Positions 1 to 13,803 of a DNA stretch of 64,000 nucleotides are shown here, piece after piece; position 1 is the first letter of the stretch, and every line of letters starts with the position of its first letter. The stretch comes from Octopus vulgaris. Taxonomy: Eukaryota. Below the pieces are notes generated by a model that worked only from the letters and a program-made list of their open reading frames with translations, made no database searches and was not told the DNA's origin. The stretch is taken from positions 71,920,001 through 71,984,000 of the forward strand of contig OX597816.1 of assembly GCA_951406725.2 (NCBI GenBank), in the 5' to 3' direction. A program made the position numbers and the translations under genes.

Positions 1-322
1 CTGGTGTTAATGTTGCTATTGCAAGGGGTATTGGTGGTGTCTGACTCATTCTTAAAACTATGGATGAATTTGGTGTTACTACTAACATGGTTATAGTGGA
101 CACCTGGTTGAGGTTTCTTGAGACTCGTCAGTAAGTGAAACAGTGATAATACATCACTGGTTTGGAGTAGTGGAATATGAAATTTTAATGAAATTTAATG
201 AAGGATTTATTAAAGATGGTGTAGTACTTTAGCTGGTCTGGAAGTTGGAGTTGAACATTTTAAAGAAGAGTTTCAGAACAAATTTAATTTGAAGGGAGAA
301 CATGTATATGTATATGTATATG

Positions 323-354
<32 letters not shown>

Positions 355-1127
355 TGTATGTATGTATGTATGTATGTATGTATGTATGTATGTATGCATG
401 GATGCATGCATGTATGTACACACGTATGTATTTGAAGAATTAGAAGAAAGTCTCCAAAGACACACTCAACATGGAAACCAAATAATGAAATTGGGCATGT
501 TTTGCACATTATTTTATCTTTCCTCATGAGGGGTGCCAACATTCATGGGGCATTGAAAATTTACAATAATCCAAAAGGACAGCATTGCCTTACATTGACT
601 TAAAACTGGCCCTTCCTAAGAGGGAATTAACTAAATTCTCTGCATCAAGTACAATGAGCTCTTAGAAGACAGAGTTTTAATATAAACCATGTTAAGAATC
701 TGCCAACAGCTGAGGGATTATGTAGCAGAGAATATGGAGCCTATCCCAGCTCTAAATTCTCTCCGGTGCATAATAAGGCAGTTCTAAGGGAGCCCAGTTT
801 GTAGAAGTAATTGGAGAGAAGTGGGGTCAGAAATAGGGAAGCACCTAAGTTTCTCAATCCTGTATAGGTTATTCTTATTCCATTTGCTTATATATATATA
901 TATATAATGTGTGTGAGTATATGTATTTGCATGTGTGCATGCATAGGGGCATGTGTATATCTGTGTTTTCAATTAGAATTACATAAAAAGAAAATTTCTA
1001 GTTAGTTTATGTTCCACAAAACATTTAAAATAAAATTGTTCAAATATTTCAATTTCACATTTACATTGACTTTTCTAAAGTTTACAACACGTATATATTT
1101 ATATATGTGTGTACGAATATATATATG

Positions 1128-1170
<43 letters not shown>

Positions 1171-1664
1171 CATATATATAAACATATACATATATGCATA
1201 TACATAAATATATATATATATCATCATCATCATCATCGTTTAATGTCCGCTTTCCATGCTAGCATATTGGACGGTTCAACTGGGGTCTGGGGAGCCGAAG
1301 GCTGCACCAGGCCAGTCAGATCTGGCAGTGTTTCTACAGCTGGATGCCCTTCCTAACGCCAACCACTCCGAGAGTGTAGTGGGTGATTTTATGTGCCACC
1401 GACACATATATATACATATATACATATATGTGTATATATATATATATATATAATAAACACATATATAAATATATATGTTATGGCGTTAGGAAGGGCATCC
1501 AGCTGTAGAAACTCTGCCAGATCAAGACTGGAGCCTGGTGCAGCCATCTGGTTCGTCAGCCCTCAGTCAAACCGTACAACACATGCTAGCATGGAAAGCG
1601 GACATTAAACGATGATGATTATATATATATGTATGTATGTATGTATGTATACATACATACATAC

Positions 1665-1764
<100 letters not shown>

Positions 1765-3146
1765 CACACACATGCATAAATTCAGAACACATATATACAA
1801 ACACATGCATGCAAATGCATACACAAATTAATAAATACACACACACATATACTTCAATGCATAAATAAAAATAGTTATTTCTCATGTTTTTCATCATATT
1901 ACCAGACAAAAGTTTTAAATTGGATTTTTGCTTGCCTGGATTGAAATCAAACATGATTACATATAATAAATCAATAGCTGTCGATTATCATCATCCTCAC
2001 CCTCATCATCCTCCTCCTCTTCATCATCATCATCATCATCAGTTCAGTAGTCTTATTCCTTTCATCTGTCACCCTTTTGGCAATAAATGAAATTTCTTCT
2101 TCTTCTCAACATCATTATTGCTGTTGTTTTGAAAAATAGAATCACTATTATTGTTTTTGCTTTTGTTGTTACTACTACTACTACTAATACTACTACTACT
2201 ACAACTATTGCTGCTGCTACTGTTGCTTTTATTATTGTTGTGTACTGAAGTGTGCAGATAACTTAAAGATAGCTCAGTAAAAACTTGGGTTTTTAACATG
2301 ATTTATTTAATGAAAGAAAGAGCTTTTTTTTTCTTTCCATTCCATTTTGTAAACACAAGATTTTGAAATATTTGGATGTCTTCCCCATTATATCAAATAG
2401 ACAACACATTGCAAGATGGTTGTCTCAGAAGTAGTAAGTCAAGGTACCTATCACATTCACCCCTAATATTTCAAGTACATACTAAGCTTTTAATCAAACA
2501 CAGAGAATATTTAGATAATTGTACATGCACAGTAATCATGAAATATTTATTTAATGAAAAAATACTGAGTAATCTTGGGGAATAAAAGTAATGCCTTGAT
2601 TTGAAGCAGCTCAAAGAAATAGAAAGATGATTGACAAGATATGTTACAAATGATATTGCCTCATTACCTGATCGGTTTTGTTGAGAAAGAGTGAAGGCAA
2701 AGTTAATCTATCTCTGTTTTTCAAATGGAGTGGATTTATATATGGTCTCAAAGAATGTTCAATATATGAGATGATGTGTGATTCTTCAACCTAGGTAAGG
2801 AAAATGGTAGTGCATGCCTGGTATTTCAGAGGGAGGGTAGGTTGAGGCAACTGACAGAGGTGGTGTACTATACATCTGTCCACAAGGTAGACCCACAATA
2901 CATGAGAAGATGAAAAATAAGGGTTTTAGTCAGGGATTTGCAGCACAATAGAGGCAGGCGGTGAGCATAGATGTCATACACATGAGATTGGGTGGGGTCT
3001 GCATGAACTTGAAGTTATTGGCAGTGGCCCAGCAACAAAATTTGCTAAGGAGGTGCAAACGCAGGTCCTAATTTTTTTAATAAAAAATGTGGATTTTTCC
3101 AATGTTAACATTAAAACAAATGCAGGTATAATAATTTTTATTATTA

Positions 3147-3575
3147 TGAGGGTCGGCCGAAATGTTCATAATCTGAGCAAGACACTCTCAATGGAATGTG
3201 GTCAAATGAAGTTCATTTTTTAACATAGTTCCTCTTACTGTCCACACACTTCCATTAGTAGTTGCAGTGCTTGAGTTGCACTGGTGAAGAAGCTTTTCTG
3301 TTGATCAAAATGGTCATCAACAAAAGATAAGAGGTTCTCATCATAGTGATACTGGTGCTCAGCTGAGTGTTTTTCTATGTTGGGAAACATGATAACCAGA
3401 AGGAACCAAATCTCTAACATAGGGAAGATGATCAACCAGTTCAAAGCCAGTCACATACAGCAGCCATTGAAACCAAGGACTTGTGTGCTGAAGCATTGTC
3501 CTAATGAAACAAGACCCCATTCATCAGTTTTTCGGGGTGTTTGGTCTTGATAGCCTTTCATAACTGCCTTAGGAA
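3147..3575. mobile_element. Mariner-derived remnant
   Basis: TA + TGAGGGTCGGCCGAAATGTTCA mariner-type TIR start, followed by degenerate antisense transposase pieces. Confidence 0.55.
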
Positions 3576-3803
3576 GTTGGTATTGAAATTTTGAAGATAG
3601 CCAATAAACACTATTTTTTGCATTAATGCATAGTATATATAATAATGTGAAATATATTTTGCATATTAAAATGTTTAATTTTGGAAATGTATCAAGCAGA
3701 GCTAAAATAAGCAGTAAAAATACAAATTGCAAGTATTTCAAAATGTGGGGCACTACATGACAAAAACTAACATAAAAAGGAAGAAAATAGTGGTGTTTGT
3801 GTT

Positions 3804-4047
3804 CCAAATTTCCAGGAAGTTAGGATATCTTCGAAACTTTCCAGGAAGTTTCCGACCAAATTTCAAGGAAGTTAGAAAATCCTCGGAACTATCCAGGAAG
3901 TTTCCGACCAAAATTCCCGGAAGTTAGAAAATCCTCAGACATTTCCAGGACGTTTTCTACCAAAGTTCCCGGAAGTTAGAAAATCCTTGGAACTTTCCAA
4001 GATGTTTTCGACCAAATTTCCTGGAAGTTAGAAAATCATCGGAACTT
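3804..4047 (+). repeat. Minisatellite, 52-bp unit x ~5
   Basis: Unit ~CCAAATTTCCAGGAAGTTAGAAAATCCTCGGAACTTTCCAGGAAGTTTCCGA; TTCnnnGAA recurs at 3810, 3862, 3914, 3966, 4018. Confidence 0.9.
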
Positions 4048-4439
4048 GCACCACCTGAAAATTCCAAGGGGTGCAGGTGCAGGAAACAGAAATAAAATCA
4101 ATAAAACTACTGGTGAAGGGCAGAAAACTCTGTAACCTTTAAGGGAAGGAAGGAAGCCGAAAAGAAAGCAGGTAGAGCATACAACATGCTATACATCAGG
4201 TAGAGTTTCTAATTGCTTTGAACAAACTCATTGGTCTAGGAAGATATATTTTGCTCCTTATTTTACTTGATGAGGTGCAAGCACCTACAAAACAGAAATT
4301 ATACTGTGTGGTGACCATAGTTGGGAGCAGTAGTCCAAGAGGCTGAGGACATACATCTTCCAAAGGACCATCATAGCATTCTAGCTCATTTCTGCTGTTT
4401 ACAGTGGTGCTTGGAAGGAAGATGTGTAGCGTGTGATCA

Positions 4440-5126
4440 TTGCATTGCATGACAGAGAAAGTTGAGCAGAGAATCTGCATCAAATTTTGCCAAAAGATTT
4501 GCCATACCTGCTCAGTGGCCTATGCAAAGTTTCCAAAAAGTTTTCATCATTCTTGACACAATCAAGGAGATCTTGTGCAACTGAAACCTGAGTGTCATTT
4601 TGGTCAGCTGAAAGCAGTTTTGACACAAACTTGGCAGATATGCGTCTCATACCCAAATCTTCAGTGATAATGGACTGAACTGAACCATAGCTAATCTGCG
4701 CATCCTTTGATAGCTAATGGGTGGTGATTCAATGATTTCCTCTCACAGCTACAAGTACATCTATGATGTTTTTCTCATTGCTGGTCTCCCAGAACGATCG
4801 TCAATTTCAACATTTTTTTCAGCCATCTTGGAAACATTGGAACCACTCATACACGTGTGTGGCTCATACACTCTTTCCATGCACCTTCTGCAACTTTGCA
4901 TAGGCCTCTGAGCAGGTATCGCCATAACAACTTCATGGTCAATACAAAGATCACATGCTACACACCTTCCTTCCAAGCACTGCTGTAGACAGCGGAAGTG
5001 AGCTACAATGTTAAAACTTAGTGTGCATGCACAACAGAGTTCAGGTTCAATCTTTGCCAAGCACCATCACTTTATGTACTTTAGCTTCATTACTATGGCA
5101 ACAGCCTGGATACTTATTGATCCAAC

Positions 5127-5129
<3 letters not shown>
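4440..5129. mobile_element. Mariner transposase N-terminal fragments in opposite orientations, with a TIR
   Basis: + strand MTEKVEQRICIKFCQK at ~4449-4500; - strand ...VEIDDRSGRP; ends ...ACTTATTGATCCAACCTCA-TA. Confidence 0.75.
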
Positions 5130-5175
<46 letters not shown>

Positions 5176-5205
5176 TTATATATATTGATCAGACCTCATA
5201 TATAC

Positions 5206-5268
<63 letters not shown>

Positions 5269-5829
5269 TATATACATACATATATGTACATACCTACATC
5301 TATACATATGTATCTACGTATAGATGTAATATGTACATATACGTATGTATATATGCATATATATATTATATATTATATGTATATATATCTATATATATGT
5401 ATGTATGCATGTAAAACAAATATTTGTTATTATAGGAGCAACTACATATAGTACATACCATCATCATCATCAGCAAGATTTGTGTTCCTCACTGATGTGT
5501 GTGTGTGTGTGTAGTTCTCTCTATGATAACATTCATGTTTTTAGAAACCATGGTATCAAATGTTTTTTTTCTTTAGTTTAGTAACAAATAAAATTGTGTC
5601 AACAACAAAAGTCTTCCACACAAGTTTAATGAATGAAAATTAAGATAACGAAAGATCACTTGGGTGCACCCATGCAAATTGACTACCATTAAAGAAAACA
5701 AACCCATAGCCTTTTCACATCAAAACAAATTAGCCTCTAAGCCAACCACACATGTTTTTTGTGAATTTGTAGCATCATTCAAGATTATCATTTTATCTGA
5801 GACAGAACCAATGGCTTAACAATACTCGT

Positions 5830-6045
5830 GCCTCGCATACTGATGAGATGGAAAAAAATCTCTTATTAGTGTGGATGAAAGGGAAACAATTAGCTGGTGA
5901 TTTAGAGAGTGAAGCATTTATTTGTGAAAAAGCTATGTCTCTTTTAGAATCAACATGAATAAGATGCCTCTAGTAATTCTGCTGACAGTGATGAGGTGCC
6001 TGAAGGATTTAAATTTTACAAAGCTTGGTTTGGGTTTTTTGAAAA
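5830..6045 (+). mobile_element. Tigger/pogo transposase fragment (CENP-B-type HTH region)
   Basis: Degenerate EMEK.LLLVWMKGKQLAGD..SEAFICEKA. Confidence 0.65.
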
Positions 6046-6393
6046 ATAAAAAATAAATGGTTGTGTTTATCCCCACTTTAACATGGGTGTTCTGTTCTCT
6101 AGGAGTCGACAATATTACAATCTTAACCCCAGGAAGACATCTCCTTCAGCTGGTGTATTTGCTTATTTATACACAATAGAAATCAGGTAACTGGTCCTAT
6201 GAGCCCTAGGTCTTGTAAGGTCAGTTACCTGACATCACTGTGTTTACTTTGCAAGTTGTGAAATTTGTGTTTTTGGAATCACATTTATGCTGTAATCTGT
6301 GATTTTGTCACGGACAGGAACAAAGGTCCAATGTAAAATTTTGCATTAAATTTGGTGAGTCTGCTACAGAAACATTGAGCATGCTTCAGGATA

Positions 6394-6770
6394 GATGCAG
6401 GAGTGGCTGTGTGGTAAGTAGCTTTCTTACCAACCACATGGTTCCGGGTTCAGTCCCACAGCGTGGTACCTCGGGAAAATGTCCTCTACTATAGCCTTGG
6501 GCTGACCAAAGCCTCGTGAGTGGATTTAGTAGACAGAAACTGAAAGAAGCCCATCATATATATGAATGTATATATATATATAGTACAAAGTAAGATAGGG
6601 GTTATGGGTGTAAACCACTATGGGATATCAATTATCCTTAGCTATTGATTTATATAATATTTTGTATGCTTTTGATGTTCTCATTTGTAAAATGAATAAA
6701 TAATCTAACATTATAATATCCGTAAGTTGATGAACAAACTAAATTTGTTTCTCCATTTTCTTATTTGTAT

Positions 6771-6805
<35 letters not shown>

Positions 6806-7027
6806 GTGTGTGTATATGTTTGTGTGTCTGTGTTTGTCCCCCAACGTTGCTTGAGAACCGATGCTAGTGTGTTTATGTCCCCGTAACTTAGTGGCTCGGC
6901 AAAAGAGACCAATAGAATAAGTACTAGGCTTACAAAAAATAAGTCCTGGGGTCGATTTGCTTAACTAAAGGTGGTGCCCAGCATGGCCACAGTCAAATGA
7001 CTGAAACAAGTCAAAGAGTAAAAGAGT
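6394..7027 (+). mobile_element. tRNA-derived SINE, family A
   Basis: Head GCAGGAGTGGCTGTGTGGTAAG...GGTTCAGTCCC (A/B boxes), internal (TA)n, tail GTAAAAGA repeats. Confidence 0.85.
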
Positions 7028-7617
7028 AAGCTTATAGTGATGAAGCAATAGGTCGTATGTAATGTTTCGTGTGGCATGGGCACATCAAAAGCAGAAGAAC
7101 TTCCCTGGAAGATGACGAGTGAACATGAAGACCTGCCATGAGTGTCAACCCTGGAAATATATTATTGTACTTTGAGAATTCATCCCTCCTGGGGCCAGAC
7201 TGTTAATCAAAAGTTCTACTGTGTTGTTCTGAAGCATTTGAAGGAGGATATTCAGTGAAAGAAGTGTGAAGAACTGGATTCTTCATGATGACAATGCACT
7301 CTGTCACCAAGCTTTTGTCACTTGTGAGTTTCCCACCAAAAACATGATAGTATTGCTTCCACACCTGCCCTATTCCCCAGATTTAGCACCTGCAGACTTT
7401 CATCTCTCACCCAAGATGAAAATGCAGCTCAAAGGTTGCCTTTTTAACACCATTGTTAAGATCCAGAGTGAATCGCAGAAGATCCTCGACTTACTTACAG
7501 AAAACAACTTCCAGGCCAGACTCCAAAATCAGCAGGAACGCAGGGACCGGTGCAAGATGACTATTTCGAGGGAGATGATGTTAAAACTTAGGTAGATAAG
7601 TGATTTCTTTTAACATA

Positions 7618-7781
7618 GGCGCAGGAGTGGCTGTGTGGTAAGTAGCTTGCTAACCAACCACATGGTCCGGGTTCAGTCCCACTGCATGGCATCTTGGGCA
7701 AGTGTCTTCTGCTATAGCCTCGGGCCGACCAAAGCCTTGTGAGTGGATTTGGTAGACGGAAACTGAAAGAAGCCTGTCGTA

Positions 7782-7823
<42 letters not shown>

Positions 7824-7878
7824 CATATATATACACATACACATACATATATATATATATATATACACATACACATAC

Positions 7879-7910
<32 letters not shown>

Positions 7911-8128
7911 ATATATATTTGTGTGTCTGTGTTTGTCCCTCTAGCATTGCTTGACAACCGATGCTGGTGTGTTTACGTCCCCGTCACTTAGCGGTTCGGC
8001 AAAAGAGACCAATAGAATAAGTACTGGGCTTACAAAGAATAAGTCCCGGGGTCGATTTGCTCAACTAAAAGCAGTGCTCCAGCATGTCCGCAGTCAAATG
8101 ACTGAAACAAGTAAAAGAGTAAAAGAGA
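7618..8128 (+). mobile_element. tRNA-derived SINE, family A, full length. Other copies ~15290-15630(-), 18200-18580(-), 19422-19885(+), 22048-22453(-), 28355-28764(-), 35415-35740(-), 36583-36955(-), 45878-46260(-), 59840-60072(-)
   Basis: At least ten mutually alignable copies in both orientations, each with pol III boxes and an internal TA/TG microsatellite. Confidence 0.9.
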
Positions 8129-8514
8129 GAGTAAGTCTGGGAACCTTTTGATACTATCTCCTATAACAATTTTTACAAGTGTCAAGAGGTCATTATTGTC
8201 AGAATGCTGTGGGCCTCAAACTAGCAGGTGGATTTTACCCTCTTGTTTAGGTAAGCTACCCCAAACATTTCTTAATATTTTTGATGGTTTTTTTAAAAAT
8301 TAAATTCCAAAGTGATTGTATTGTTATGTGTTACATAATTATTTATTCTGAGTTTTCATTTCAAATCTCTTATAGATTTATTGTATAGCATCTTTATCCA
8401 TTCTTCGCTCTTACATAACTGTCTTGCCCCCACCCAACCTCATTACTGTGTACATATTTTGTAACTCTTATGTATAACATTTAATTACCTTTATTATTAT
8501 TGTTATTGTTGTTG

Positions 8515-8685
8515 TTGTTATTATTATTATTATAATTATCATCATCATCGTCACTATTATTATTAGCATTATTATTACTGTTGTTGCTGCTAATGTTGTT
8601 ATTATTATTATTATAATTATCATCATCATCGTCACTATTATTATTAGCATTATTATTACTGTTGTTGCTGCTAATGTTGTTATCA
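8515..8685. repeat. Tandem duplication (~78 bp x2) inside a compound (TTA/TCA/TTG)n tract
   Basis: TTATAATTATCATCATCATCGTCACTATTATTATTAGCATTATTATTACTGTTGTTGCTGCTAATGTTGTT occurs twice in tandem. Confidence 0.85.
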
Positions 8686-8855
8686 TTATTATTGCTATTA
8701 TTATTACCACTATTATTATTATTGTTATTATTATTATTATTGTTATTATTTAGGTACTTCCTATCTTCTCTTTATATTGAAATGAAGAATCTAGCTGTAA
8801 TTTTTACCTTCTCTGAAATGAATTAAAAACATTAAACTAGGGAAAAAAATTTCAA

Positions 8856-8946
<91 letters not shown>

Positions 8947-9418
8947 CTTCCTCCCTTCTTTATCTCTATCTCCCACACACACACACAAACACACTCCAGC
9001 TTAACTCCAGCTCTTTCTCCTCTCTCTCTCTCTCTGTTTCTCACACTCTTTCTTTCACCCACCCAGCTACCCCTTCCACCAACACACTTCTCATTCAGCC
9101 TCCCCACCACCCACTATATCTACCAGTTCCATTCTTTCAAAACAAGACATTTCTACTTCAATCACTTCATTTAAAATATCCCATCATGCAACTGTATGGG
9201 AATAAATGACTCTTTTGTATGCTTTCTTTCATTTCACCTTCTTTCTTTCCTTCTTTCTTTCATTCTTTCTCTTTATTTGGTTGCTTGTCTTTATTATTAT
9301 TATTATTGATATTATTATTATTATTATTATTATTATCATTATTATTATTATTGTTTTACTTCTCAGAGCACTCAGTCTTGTTTGCTTATTATTATTGTTG
9401 TTGTGGTTATTATTATCA

Positions 9419-9483
<65 letters not shown>

Positions 9484-9793
9484 TTGCTTCTTTTCTTTTC
9501 TTAAGTCTCAGATATCTTCTCTAACCTTGCACTTCTATAACTTCTCAATGACTGGTACACATACACTGGTACACACATGTGTGTATGTGTGTTTCAGTGT
9601 GTGTTTGTATGCGTGTGTGTGTACATGTGTGTGTATATTAGACATTATAAACACAGACAAGAGACAAAATGTGTGTATGTATGTATGTATATATATATAT
9701 ATATATATATAAACATATATACTGACATATATATATACATACATACATATGTATATATAAACAAGCATATACGCACACACACACACACACACG

Positions 9794-9825
<32 letters not shown>

Positions 9826-10089
9826 CATATCTATACACACACTCACATGTATGTATATGTATACAGACACACTCATATACACACATATATTTTGCAGTTT
9901 ATAAGTAAGTTTCCATATTTTTGTACCTATATACATATGAATATATGTGAATATAAATGTGTGTGTGTGTGTGTGTATGTGTGTGTGTATGTACACTAGT
10001 ATATATGCACATAAACATGTACAGAAAGATAAATACACACACACATATGTATATTTATATATTTATATATATATATTTGTGCACATATA

Positions 10090-10139
<50 letters not shown>

Positions 10140-11175
10140 TATATATGTGTGTGTGTATGTATGTATGTATAGATAGATATATAGATATGCAAATATATGC
10201 ATGTGTGTGTGTGTAAACTACTGCACAGGTAGATAATAGATGGACTGGTGGATGTCATTATGTGGATAATATCAATAAATATATATATCTCAAACCAAAT
10301 ATTACACATATAACATATATATGCACATTTTCATGTGTAAGTTTCTTTATTATAACAGTATATTATATATATATCATCATAATCATCATCATCATCGTTT
10401 AACGTCCATTTCCATGCTAGCACGGGTTGGACGGTTCGACCAGGGTCTGGGAAGCCAGGAGGCTGCACCAGGCTCCAGTCTGATCTGGCAGTGTTTCTAC
10501 AGCTGAATGCCTCTCCTAACGCCAACCACTCCGCAAGTGTAGTGGGTGCTTTTTACGTGCCACCAGCACAGGTGCCAGGGGAGGCTGGCAGTGGCCACGA
10601 TCGGTTGGTGCTTTTTACTTGTCACCAGCACAGAAGCCAGTCAAGGCGGTGCTGGCATCGGCCATGTTTGAATGGTGCTTTTTACGTGCCACCGGCACAG
10701 GTATCACAACTACAATTTCCATTTGATATCATCATCGTTTAACGTCCGCTTTCCGCGCTAGCAATGGTTATATATATATCATCATCATCATCATCATCGT
10801 TTAACGTCCGTTTTCCGCGCTAGCACAGATTGGACGGTTCGACTGGGGTCTGGGAAGCCAGGGCTGCACCAGGCTCCAATCTGATCTGGCAGTGTTTCTA
10901 CAGCTGGATGCCCTTCCTAACGCCAACCACTCCACGAGTGTAGTGGGTGCTTTTTACGTGCCACCTGCACAGGTGCCAGGGGGGTCTGGCATCGGCCACA
11001 ATCGGTTGGTGCTTTTAACATGCCACTGGCACGGAAGCCAGCCAAGGCGGCGCTGGCATCGGCCACGTTCGGATGGTGCTTTTATATATATATATATATA
11101 TATACATATATACATATACATATATACATATACATATATATATATACATATATACATATACATATATACATATAC

Positions 11176-11210
<35 letters not shown>

Positions 11211-11899
11211 TATGCCGTCATTGTCATCATCATTATTTCATGTCTGTTTTCTCCGTTAGTGTGGTTTGGATGGTTTGACAGGAGATGGCTAGCCAGAAGT
11301 CTGCACTAAGCTTCCCTGACTGTTTTGGCATGGTTTTTATGGCAGGATGCCCTTCCTAACACCAACCACCTTAGAGGCATATGCATATATATATATATAT
11401 GTGTGTGTGTTTGTGTATTACTATATATATGTGTGTGTATTTTATGTATGTATATCACCATTGTCATCGTCATCACTTCCTAGTTGTCGTCCATGTTGGC
11501 ATGGGTTGGATGGCTCAACAAATTGGAGGATAGAGTCCTGCTCCACTGTTTGTTTTTGCATAGATTCAATAACTTGATGCCTTATCTAATGTCAGTCACT
11601 TCACAGAGTGTTTTAGATGCTTTTTGCATTGCACTAACACTAGTTAGGTTGCTATGTAACTTGCACACTGAAAAAAATTTTTTGACTGAGAGTGTGAATA
11701 TGGTAGAGAGGGAAGTAGCTTTATACTACGTATTGAGAGGTTGAGGGTATGAAAGAAGAGACAGGAACAGGTTTCTTGAGAAGATGACATATATTGCTAC
11801 CTCATAGTACATAAAGCTGGTCGGAAGCAGAGAAAGAGATATAAAGATATTGGTGATGAGGAGTCAGAAGATATTCTCAAGATCCAAGAAGGTAAATAG

Positions 11900-12425
11900 C
11901 AGAAAATATGGATGAAGACAGTTGTGTAAAGAAGTATCAATCCCTGTGGAGGGAATCTGTGGAAGAGGTAGACCCAGGAAGACATAGGACAAGGTGATGA
12001 AGGATGATGTTTGGATGTTAAGTTTCATGGAAGTGATGACAAGTGATTGAGACCTTTAGCATTTTGCAGTGCTTGAGAAGACATGTCAAGCCAAGAGAAA
12101 CCATAGTCGTGGCCAATTCTGGTGGCACGTAAAAGGCACCTGTGCCAGCGACACATATAAAGCAGCCATGCCAGTGACATGTAAAAGGCACTCGTGATGG
12201 TGACACATAAAAGACATGCGGTACACTCTGTGGAATGGTTGGCATTACGAAGGGCATTCAAGCCAAAACAGAGAAGAGCCCAGGGCAGCTCTCAGATTTT
12301 CAGTCCCTGTCGAACCATCTGACCCATGCCAGCATGGAAAAAATGATGTTAAATGATGACAATGATGATGATGATGATGACGATGACGACGACGATGACA
12401 ACAACCACGACCAGGATGATGATGA
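11900..12425 (+). mobile_element. RTE-clade LINE 3' end: ORF C-terminus, 3'UTR and (GAT)n tail. 3'UTR-only copies at ~1221-1400, 1480-1620, 10385-11080, 30060-30222, 30955-31350, 33497-33950, 35172-35345, 35748-36045, 39765-39980, 43970-44258, 47290-47560
   Basis: Degenerate VEGICGRGRPRKT.DKVMKDD...D.DL....VLEKT, then GGTTGGCRTTAGGAAGGGCATCCAG... and a GATGATGAT tail shared by many truncated copies. Confidence 0.8.
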
Positions 12426-12941
12426 TGTACATATACTCACACACACACACATAGGTATCTTAGTATATTTACAGACATACCCACATACATGCATGTTTAT
12501 GTGTGACCCTATATGCTTTATACACACTCACACACACACACACACACACATTAATTTCTGTTTATTTAAGACAATAGAAATGCTAAGAGTATTCTTGTTC
12601 TTTATTTCTTGATGTGACTATACAGAAATAGCATAAGAACGATGTGTCATCACCATCATCATCATCAGCAGCAGCAGCAGCACTATCAATTCCACAACAA
12701 CCACCACTAACCACAGCACCCTCCACCCTCTCTCTTCTTCTTTCTCTTCCTCCTCCTGTTCCTCATTTTCCTCTCCCTCGGCTGCCACTTCATCATCATC
12801 ATCATCATCATCACTTTAACTAATCACTATCACCATATAAACCATCATCATTATTAGTAGCAGCTATGTTATAATCATCGTTATGGCTGCTAGTGCCACC
12901 ACTATCATCACCATCACCATCAGCCCATGGTATATATGTGC

Positions 12942-12980
<39 letters not shown>

Positions 12981-12998
12981 TATATACATATGTATACA

Positions 12999-13042
<44 letters not shown>

Positions 13043-13119
13043 TATATATATGTATATGTATATATGTGTGTATGTATGTGTGTATACATATATATATATA
13101 TGTGGGTATGTATGTATTA

Positions 13120-13153
<34 letters not shown>

Positions 13154-13238
13154 GCCAATTCAAATAAACACACATACATACATACATATATATATATATA
13201 TATGTATGTATGTATGTATGTATTTGCATGTATATATA

Positions 13239-13803
13239 CAGGGTGCAGTAATAAATTGTCTAAATTACGCTAAAATAAAAATAACACTGACTTCTCATTT
13301 TAACAGATATATTTACCAAAATTACATAAAAATATCTGAAATGCCAAAGAGTAAATTTATTCAATAAAATTGCCATTGGCTTCAACCACAGTCTCCAGAC
13401 GACTTCAGAATCTCCTGCATCTTTTCTGGGTGGTCGCCTTGTTTAAGTCGGTGAATGCTGCCATAATCCTTGCCTTCAGTTCATCCTTGGTGTTACAAGG
13501 AGTTTCATTGGTCTCTCACTCAACTGTGCCCTACACATAATAACCAAAGGGGTTGCAGTCTGGGGAGTTAGGTGACCAGATATTAGAGGTGATGTGGTCG
13601 CAAAAATTGTGTGACAGCCATGACAGGGTTCTCCTGCTTGTGTGGCATGATGCAGAGTCCTGTTGCCAGACACAGGGTCTTCTAGCATCCACCCTCTTGA
13701 CCCAGGACAGCATCACCTCCTCCAGGCACTTGATGTAGGCCTCCGTGTTGAGTTTGAGGCCGTGTGCCAAGATGAATGGAGGCATAATGTTGCCATCACT
13801 AGT
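13239..13803 (-). mobile_element. Tc1/mariner DD37D (maT)-like transposase 3' part with TIR
   Basis: ORF 13531-13785 contains VWQQDSASCHTS and IWSPNSPDCNP..YYV; TA-CAGGGTG terminus at 13237-13245. Confidence 0.85.

Larger units (their letters stand above)
3021..4082. mobile_element. Non-autonomous DNA-transposon-like element carrying a 52-bp tandem array and a nested mariner remnant
   Basis: Starts CAGTGGCCCAGC...GGAGGTGCA and ends ...GGGGTGCAGGTGCA. No TSD found; boundaries approximate. Confidence 0.4.
6290..8162 (+). mobile_element. Decayed mariner element interrupted by two SINEs
   Basis: N-terminal ..KFCIKFGESATETLSML at ~6320-6390 resumes at ~7030; ORF 7266-7595 has WILHDDNA..H and PYSPDLAPADF; right TIR-like end at ~8133-8162. 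Confidence 0.85.

Noticed and set aside
2069-2299. 76-aa N/S-rich ORF
   Set aside because: Low complexity, no domain and no splice support; mentioned only as part of a speculative gene.
3804-4047. Regularly spaced repeats as a CRISPR array
   Set aside because: The whole 52-bp unit repeats with no unique spacers, there are no cas genes, and the context is eukaryotic.
8488-8760. Asn/Asp/Ser-rich open frame on the minus strand ending at AAAG|GTAATT
   Set aside because: Fully explained by compound trinucleotide repeats; weak acceptor and an upstream in-frame stop.
8808-8812. 5-nt minus-strand microexon (TTTCAG|AGAAG|GTAAAA)
   Set aside because: Not frame-preserving and no host gene is established; could be chance or the end of a longer exon.
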